Shown here in pieces: positions 7,823 to 12,810 of a stretch of 12,810 nucleotides of DNA. Each line of letters starts with the position of its first letter. The first letter of the stretch is position 1. Source of the DNA: Fidelibacterota bacterium (GTDB lineage Bacteria; Fidelibacterota; Marinisomatia; Marinisomatales; TCS55); the NCBI GenBank assembly GCA_046861385.1, contig JBHHTW010000046.1, positions 1-12,810 of the forward strand. Reading direction: 5' to 3'. The translations under genes were made by a program, and so were the position numbers. Below the pieces are notes generated by a model, which did no database searches, was not told where the DNA came from, and saw only the letters and a list, made by a program, of their open reading frames with translations.

Positions 7823-8476
7823 TTATTTCCGATTGGCTTCATAAGAAGCCATTCGTTTAATAAAGTCTTGTTCATTTTTTGCCTGCAGCAGGGGACTGAT
7901 TTCAACGTTTTTTCGTATAGATATTGTGGGGAATTGACCATAATCATGCCCAGGGTAAATTACATTATCTAGCGGTAAAGTTAGCAGTTTTTCATACACA
8001 GACTGATATAGCAGTCTTGTGTTGCTGCCTTGGCTGACCGTCCTGCCTGTTCTTCCAACAAAAAGAGTATCTCCGGTAAAAACAATATTCTCCAAAACAT
8101 AACATGAGCTGTCGGGGAAATGCCCCGGCGTATGAAGTATGTGAAGGTTGAGCTGGCCAATTTGGATTTTTTCATTATCGATTGTAGGATAAACATTCAA
8201 AGCTTGAATTCGTTCAGCGGACATTTTATGAACAATAACTAACATATTCGGGTATGTATCTAAATACTCGTCGATAAAAGCGATATGATCACCATGAGTG
8301 TGCGTAATCAGCATTGCTGCCAACGGATAACCGCTTAAGCATGATTCTATCTGATCCAAAGGCAGTGCGGCATCGACTGCGATAAATGTATTGGTGCGCA
8401 GGCAAGCCAGGATGTACTGGAAATTTTCATCATATCCGCCCTTGAACGTAGAAATTGAAAAATCTGTTTTTATCAT
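7823..8476 (-). CDS. MBL-fold metallohydrolase (glyoxalase II / hydroxyacylglutathione hydrolase-like)
   Basis: 217 aa. THTHGDH, HTPGH, FTGDTLF and YPGHDY metal-binding motifs. Confidence 0.9.
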   Translation of the reverse strand: MIKTDFSISTFKGGYDENFQYILACLRTNTFIAVDAALPLDQIESCLSGYPLAAMLITHTHGDHIAFIDEYLDTYPNMLVIVHKMSAERIQALNVYPTIDNEKIQIGQLNLHILHTPGHFPDSSCYVLENIVFTGDTLFVGRTGRTVSQGSNTRLLYQSVYEKLLTLPLDNVIYPGHDYGQFPTISIRKNVEISPLLQAKNEQDFIKRMASYEANRK

Positions 8477-8691
8477 AATAATAAGACTTATTGCCCAAAC
8501 CCATCCTATACCATTTTAATAGTAAAAATGGAATAAGGACAGGAATCAGACAAGTTTTTATACTTTTTTCTTTACACTAAAAATTATGCAAGCATCTCAT
8601 AAAATCATACTGTTTCTAATGTGAGAATAGTTTATTTTCAATCCATTACAAATAGGCTATTATATTTCAATAAAGTAGGAGATTAATCATT

Positions 8692-8904
8692 ATGAAAGAT
8701 ACAGGTCTGTATTTGATAATTGGAGGAGTGGTTTTATTCATACTTGTCTTCATAGGTAAAATTATATCCTTTATCGTTAGCAATCCGATTCTCGGTATAG
8801 CTACAGTTGCAATCATCGCCGGAGTTGTATTGATATTAATCAACATGATGAAAGAAAATCGAGATGCAAAAAAAGACGAGCCGCTTAGAGGCGTGGATAG
8901 GTGA
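8692..8904 (+). CDS. Small two-TM membrane protein, unknown function
   Basis: 70 aa. AGGAG SD at 8677-8681, two hydrophobic helices and a charged tail. Its TGA overlaps the GTG of the next gene (GTGA). Confidence 0.75.
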   Translation: MKDTGLYLIIGGVVLFILVFIGKIISFIVSNPILGIATVAIIAGVVLILINMMKENRDAKKDEPLRGVDR

Positions 8905-9228
8905 TTATATCCACCACAGAGGGAGTTGTCGGATATGAAATTTCAAAACAATTGGGAGTTGTGATCGGAAATACGATTCGGAGCAAGACATATCGGGAAG
9001 GATATTTCAGCTGGTTTACGTAGTTTAGTTGGAGGCGAAATACCGGAATATACGGTAATGTTAGCTGAATCTCGAGAACAGTCTCTCCAACGGATGATTG
9101 ATCGCGGGAATGAATTAGGTGCAGATGCCATTGTGGGTGTTCGCTTCCAAACATCCATGATTATGCAGACAACTGCTGAACTCCTTGTTTACGGAACTGC
9201 AGTGAAGCTAAATAAAAAATCTAATTAA
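8901..9228 (+). pseudogene. ybjQ: YbjQ / UPF0145 family protein (putative heavy-metal-binding domain) with a +1 frameshift near 8979-8982
   Basis: Frame A from GTG 8901 reads MIISTTEGVVGYEISKQLGVVIGNTIR. Frame B from 8983 reads ARHIGKDISAGLRSLVGGEIPEYTVMLAESREQSLQRMIDRGNELGADAIVGVRFQTSMIMQTTAELLVYGTAVKLNKKSN* (TAA 9226-9228). Removing one base gives 108 aa. Absent from the ORF track. Confidence 0.9.
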
Positions 9229-9400
9229 GACTGTTTCATAGCCAAATCTGATTCTTTAAATTGCCCGGTATTTTTTTGCAAATATAATTACGAAAATAAT
9301 CAATTTGAGATAAGTCTCTGGTTTACCTATATCTAAATCAAATACTCTCATCAATTATTTAAAATAGTAATCAATAATACAATTGAATAGAAAGGATAAC

Positions 9401-10087
9401 ATGAAATATCTATTTACACTTACTTCACTTTTGATTCTTATTGGCTGCGGATCAGATCAATCGTCAAACGTCGTATTAGAATCGTCTATTGACTCTGTCA
9501 GTTACAGTATAGGAGTTGATATTGGGAAAAGCATGAAAACACAGAAACTGGACCTGAATGAGGAAGCGCTTTTTGAAGGATGGAGCAATGCATTCAATGG
9601 AACTGACTTAAAATTAACAGATGATGAAATGCTAGCGATACTCAACTCATTTCGGAAAGAATTTCAGGAAAAATCACGTCAGCAAGCACAGGTTCAAGCT
9701 GAAGAAAACCTGGCAAAAGGAACCGCTTTCCTGAAAGAAAACGAGACAAAAGAAGGCGTGGAAACTACCGAGAGCGGTCTGCAGTATAAGATCATTAAGC
9801 ACGGGACCGGAATCAAACCAAAAAGCACCGATAGGGTTTCCGTTCATTATCGAGGTACGTTGATCGATGGCGAAGAATTTGATAGTTCTTATAAAAGAGG
9901 AGCCCCAGCCACATTTGCTGTTACAGGTGTCATAAAAGGATGGACTGAGGCATTGCAATTAATGCCGGTTGGTTCGAAATGGGAATTATATATCCCTTCC
10001 AATTTGGCCTATGGGAGTGGTCCCCGCGGCCCTGGCGGACCAAACAGCGCTCTTATTTTTGAAGTTGAATTATTAGGGATTGAATAA
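9401..10087 (+). CDS. fkpA: FKBP-type peptidyl-prolyl cis-trans isomerase (FkpA/FklB/Mip-like), lipoprotein
   Basis: AAGGA SD then ATG 9401 (228 aa). Lipobox LILIG-C, FKBP_N motif SYSIGVDIG, SGLQYK, VHYRGTLIDGEEFDSSY, VIKGWTEALQLM, IPSNLAYG, LIFEVELL. Exact orthology within FkpA/FklB/Mip is not resolved. Confidence 0.93.
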   Translation: MKYLFTLTSLLILIGCGSDQSSNVVLESSIDSVSYSIGVDIGKSMKTQKLDLNEEALFEGWSNAFNGTDLKLTDDEMLAILNSFRKEFQEKSRQQAQVQAEENLAKGTAFLKENETKEGVETTESGLQYKIIKHGTGIKPKSTDRVSVHYRGTLIDGEEFDSSYKRGAPATFAVTGVIKGWTEALQLMPVGSKWELYIPSNLAYGSGPRGPGGPNSALIFEVELLGIE

Positions 10088-10109
10088 ACTTTTATTACCA
10101 ATTTGGGAT

Positions 10110-10149
10110 TTTAAACCCCTGGATTTTCAATTGAAACCAGGGGTTTAAA
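10110..10149. terminator. Probable bidirectional terminator between the FKBP gene and the motAB operon
   Basis: 13-bp perfect inverted repeat TTTAAACCCCTGG (10110-10122) / CCAGGGGTTTAAA (10137-10149), with inner palindrome TTTCAATTGAAA. The distal motB stop codon (10145-10147) lies in the right arm. Confidence 0.75.
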
Positions 10150-10855
10150 TTGTTAACTGTAATTCTTGTCCTGATTTTAAAAGTGATGCATTAATGATGA
10201 TATCCACCCGACGGTTCAATAATCGATTTTGCGTTGAGATATTTTCTACAAGGGGTTTGTATTCACCATAACCCTTTATTGCAAACAGTTGCGGCGGTAG
10301 ATTCAGCTGTTCCTGTAGGATTCGCATCACTGTCTGTGCGCGAGCCGCGCTGAGTTCCCAATTATTTTTATAGTTTGAACCTGGGATTAACGGAGTATTA
10401 TCGGTATGACCCTCCACAAGAATTTTCACGCTCCATTCAAGGTCATTTTCACGAAATGATTTAAAATCTTTTTCATATGATGGAAGCTCATTCAATTTAA
10501 AAATATTAAGGTTTTGTATTTCATCGGTAATATCATGGAGTCGTAAAATAAGGTCTCTGCTGGGTATAGCTTCTCCTTCTTGAAACATACCTTTACTTTG
10601 GATCGATATATGAACTCCTTTAGTATCCTGTCGAACATCTATTTCAGATAAACCTTTTTCGATTACTGATTGACTCAGCTCGTCGGTGGCAATTGTGAGC
10701 TGGTGGTTGATCCAATTATGAACCTTTGAAATACGACCTGATTCGACTGAAATCATCATAATAAAAAATGTAATTAATAATGTTATCAAATCCCCGTAGC
10801 TGATCAGCCAGGTATTTTTTATTTTTATATCAAACGGGTGCCTATATTTCAGCAT
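10145..10855 (-). CDS. motB: MotB/PomB-family stator B subunit (copy 2, ion-binding Asp intact)
   Basis: 236 aa. TM helix WLISYGDLITLLITFF (Asp22). OmpA-like peptidoglycan-binding domain with VEGHTD, NWELSAARA, GYGEYKP and NRRVDI. Confidence 0.9.
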   Translation of the reverse strand: MLKYRHPFDIKIKNTWLISYGDLITLLITFFIMMISVESGRISKVHNWINHQLTIATDELSQSVIEKGLSEIDVRQDTKGVHISIQSKGMFQEGEAIPSRDLILRLHDITDEIQNLNIFKLNELPSYEKDFKSFRENDLEWSVKILVEGHTDNTPLIPGSNYKNNWELSAARAQTVMRILQEQLNLPPQLFAIKGYGEYKPLVENISTQNRLLNRRVDIIINASLLKSGQELQLTI

Positions 10856-11543
10856 ATATTAAAGAGGACTCAAGTTGAAATTTTATAAAAAGCTCTACTC
10901 TTCGATTTTCAGAATAATTATCAATACTGGTTTTAGGAAGAAAAGGTCCATAACCGGCAATTGAAAAGATTTTTGGATTTAACCCCGTATTTTCTTGCAG
11001 CAGTTTCATAAAAGAATATGATCTGGCTGTACTTAAATCCCAGTTGCTGGTGAATTCCCCAGATTGAACTGGAAGTGCATCTGTATGTCCTTGAATTAAT
11101 ATTTCAAGACTGAGGATTTTATTTTGCTTTTTTAACTTTTTCGAAATCACTTTATTCCATTGTATAAGACTGTCCAATTCAAGATCTTTGATGATCGTTG
11201 ATAGAGAATGGATATAAGGTATAAAATTATCTGTGATTTTACTCGAGTTTGATCTGAACATGGATTGATTCTCGACGATGGATGGTATAACGAGTCTAAC
11301 GCCCAATGTGCCAGTATTTTCTACATCGAGCCAATCTAGTTTATGCACCGTTTTTTGAACAACAATTTTCTCAAATATATCACGGGTAAGATTATCTGCA
11401 ACCTGAAATGTGGATTTGGCATCATGATTTTTCATGGTAACCATCAGTATAAAAAAGGCCAAGACGGCCGTCAGCAATGAGGCATAAGTTATCATCCAGC
11501 GATCACCGTCACCGGAAGTAGGCTTAGAAGTATTAATTCCCAC
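10842..11543 (-). CDS. motB: MotB-family stator B subunit (copy 1, ion-binding Asp replaced by Ser)
   Basis: 233 aa, GTG start overlapping the motA end. TM helix WMITYASLLTAVLAFF (Ser22). OmpA-like domain with IQGHTD, NWDLSTARS, AGYG...P and NRRVEL. Confidence 0.88.
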   Translation of the reverse strand: MGINTSKPTSGDGDRWMITYASLLTAVLAFFILMVTMKNHDAKSTFQVADNLTRDIFEKIVVQKTVHKLDWLDVENTGTLGVRLVIPSIVENQSMFRSNSSKITDNFIPYIHSLSTIIKDLELDSLIQWNKVISKKLKKQNKILSLEILIQGHTDALPVQSGEFTSNWDLSTARSYSFMKLLQENTGLNPKIFSIAGYGPFLPKTSIDNYSENRRVELFIKFQLESSLIYAEI

Positions 11544-12363
11544 TTTCAGACCGGTGAAGTTCTTTGGCGTTTTTATCTAAGAATGTTAGAAGTTTTTCAA
11601 CCATTTTTAGGTGATGCTCCTTCTGATGGATACTTTGTATTCCCATAATAATCATTTCGTTAATATACATTTCCTCTTCCGTTTTTATTTTCAATTTTCC
11701 AGCAATCGGATTAAACACTAAATTTGAAAGTAACACACCATAAAATGTTGTGACCAGTGCGACCCCCATTCCGATCAGAAGATGATTCATCGAATTCTCC
11801 ATCTGCATTGAATATCCGGTGGCAGAATCGCCATTGGATTGAGATGTCATCATGAGGATGAGTCCCATTACAGTGCCGAGTAAGCCAAATGCAGGAGCAT
11901 ATGTTCCCATATTTTCAAACATTCGCTGTCCAATCGCGTGTCGTCTTGTCATATGGTCTATTTCATTATGAAGAAATTGCAGCAGTTTATTCGTATCTTT
12001 TTCGATTGTCATGTATTGAAGACCATTCCTGAGAAATTTGTTTTGAATAGTTGGAATTATCTTTTCCAAAGCGACAATACCCTGCTTCCGGGATGTGATA
12101 TTAATATCGACCAACGTACTGATAATATCATCATCAGACTCAACTTCTTTTCCTCTAAAAGCCAGTCCGGCTACCTTGAAAAGTTTAAGAATTCTTTTTA
12201 ATGGGTAATTAATTAATGTTGCTGCTGTCGTTCCACCCAAAACAATTGCTATGCCCTGATAATTAAGAAATGTTTGTGGTATTGTTTTTGTTACACTATC
12301 AACCATACCAAAAATAATTAATCCTAATCCAACAATAAACCCAATAATAGTACCTGCATCCAT
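11533..12363 (-). CDS. motA: MotA/PomA-family stator A subunit
   Basis: 276 aa. MD..TIIG start, IVLGGT..A, SRKQGIVALE, APAFGLLGTVMGLI, MGVALVTTFYG, PIAGKL. AAGGAA SD upstream. Confidence 0.93.
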   Translation of the reverse strand: MDAGTIIGFIVGLGLIIFGMVDSVTKTIPQTFLNYQGIAIVLGGTTAATLINYPLKRILKLFKVAGLAFRGKEVESDDDIISTLVDINITSRKQGIVALEKIIPTIQNKFLRNGLQYMTIEKDTNKLLQFLHNEIDHMTRRHAIGQRMFENMGTYAPAFGLLGTVMGLILMMTSQSNGDSATGYSMQMENSMNHLLIGMGVALVTTFYGVLLSNLVFNPIAGKLKIKTEEEMYINEMIIMGIQSIHQKEHHLKMVEKLLTFLDKNAKELHRSESGN

Positions 12364-12810
12364 TACAAAATTCCTTTTAACATATTATTAATAGTATTGA
12401 TTTTATTAACACAACGACTGACCTCGCTCATTTATTAAAATTTAAAGGACTATTCATAAAGCGAAAAGTATCTGATCCTAGCTGATAATTTATCTTTAAC
12501 TGACTATATCCAATACTCTGAAATTTACTTTTAGGGAGATTAATGTTATCTAACAGTGATTGACTTTAGCTGACAATTGTTAAATACACATCATTATGAA
12601 CATTCATTCCGTTTTTAAAATATTATTTTTTACTTAAAAATAGTCTTTTTATTTAATTTCATCAGTAATAGCCTAAACAAATTTACTTTGATGAAAATTT
12701 ACAAAAAACTCAAATATGATTACTAATAATCAATTATAATTTATTGAAGAGATTATTATTTAATCAATTGTATTAAAAACTGTATTTCACTTTAACATAA
12801 AAATTATCAT

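Noticed and set aside
8885-9158. Minus-strand ORFs 8885..9154 and 8943..9158
   Set aside because: They are shadows of the frameshifted plus-strand ybjQ, which has clear family motifs.
358-12201. Other short ORFs (358..552, 760..993, 1012..1200, 1240..1437, 1569..1775, 1943..2197, 2589..2789, 3094..3276, 5069..5278, 5932..6270, 6097..6282, 6152..6373, 6965..7147, 7981..8196, 9674..9958, 11938..12201)
   Set aside because: All overlap well-supported genes in another frame or strand and show no recognisable motifs.
10145-12363. Zorya (zorAB) anti-phage system
   Set aside because: The A subunit is a 276-aa flagellar-type MotA/PomA without ZorA's long cytoplasmic tail, and no zorC/D/E-like genes are adjacent in the window.
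10145-12363. ExbBD / TolQR system
   Set aside because: Both B subunits have OmpA-like GHTD...NW.LS..R peptidoglycan-binding domains and MotB-type TM motifs, not ExbD/TolR domains.
12364-12810. Sigma28 or sigma54 promoter, or c-di-GMP riboswitch, upstream of motA
   Set aside because: I found no TAAA-N15-GCCGATAA, TGGCAC-N5-TTGC or GEMM-like motif on the minus strand by eye.

Overview
AT-rich bacterial window (standard code 11) of mostly housekeeping and accessory genes. Plus strand: a Tat-lipoprotein flavin amine oxidase interrupted by one in-frame TGA, a DUF885 protein, a DUF4442 hot-dog thioesterase, a membrane metal-dependent hydrolase and a cold-shock-domain protein. These are followed by a ~310-bp intergenic gap of decayed and nested palindromic REP-like repeats. 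A minus-strand operon comes next (MBL-fold hydrolase, small exported protein, Cys-rich lipoprotein, carboxylesterase, M48 peptidase, DUF2461), then a small membrane protein, a frameshifted ybjQ missed by the ORF track, and an FKBP PPIase. The most notable element is a stand-alone motA-motB-motB operon with overlapping genes and no flagellar or defence genes in the window. Its MotA has Na+-type (PomA-like) threonines and a lengthened periplasmic loop. One MotB keeps the essential ion-binding Asp (D22), while the other has Ser at the same position (three base changes from Asp). This suggests an asymmetric A5:B1B2 ion-driven rotary motor. Three single-base lesions (TGA for Trp, ATC for ATG, +1 frameshift) may be assembly errors or recent gene decay. 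All family calls come from motif recognition by eye; no database search was run.
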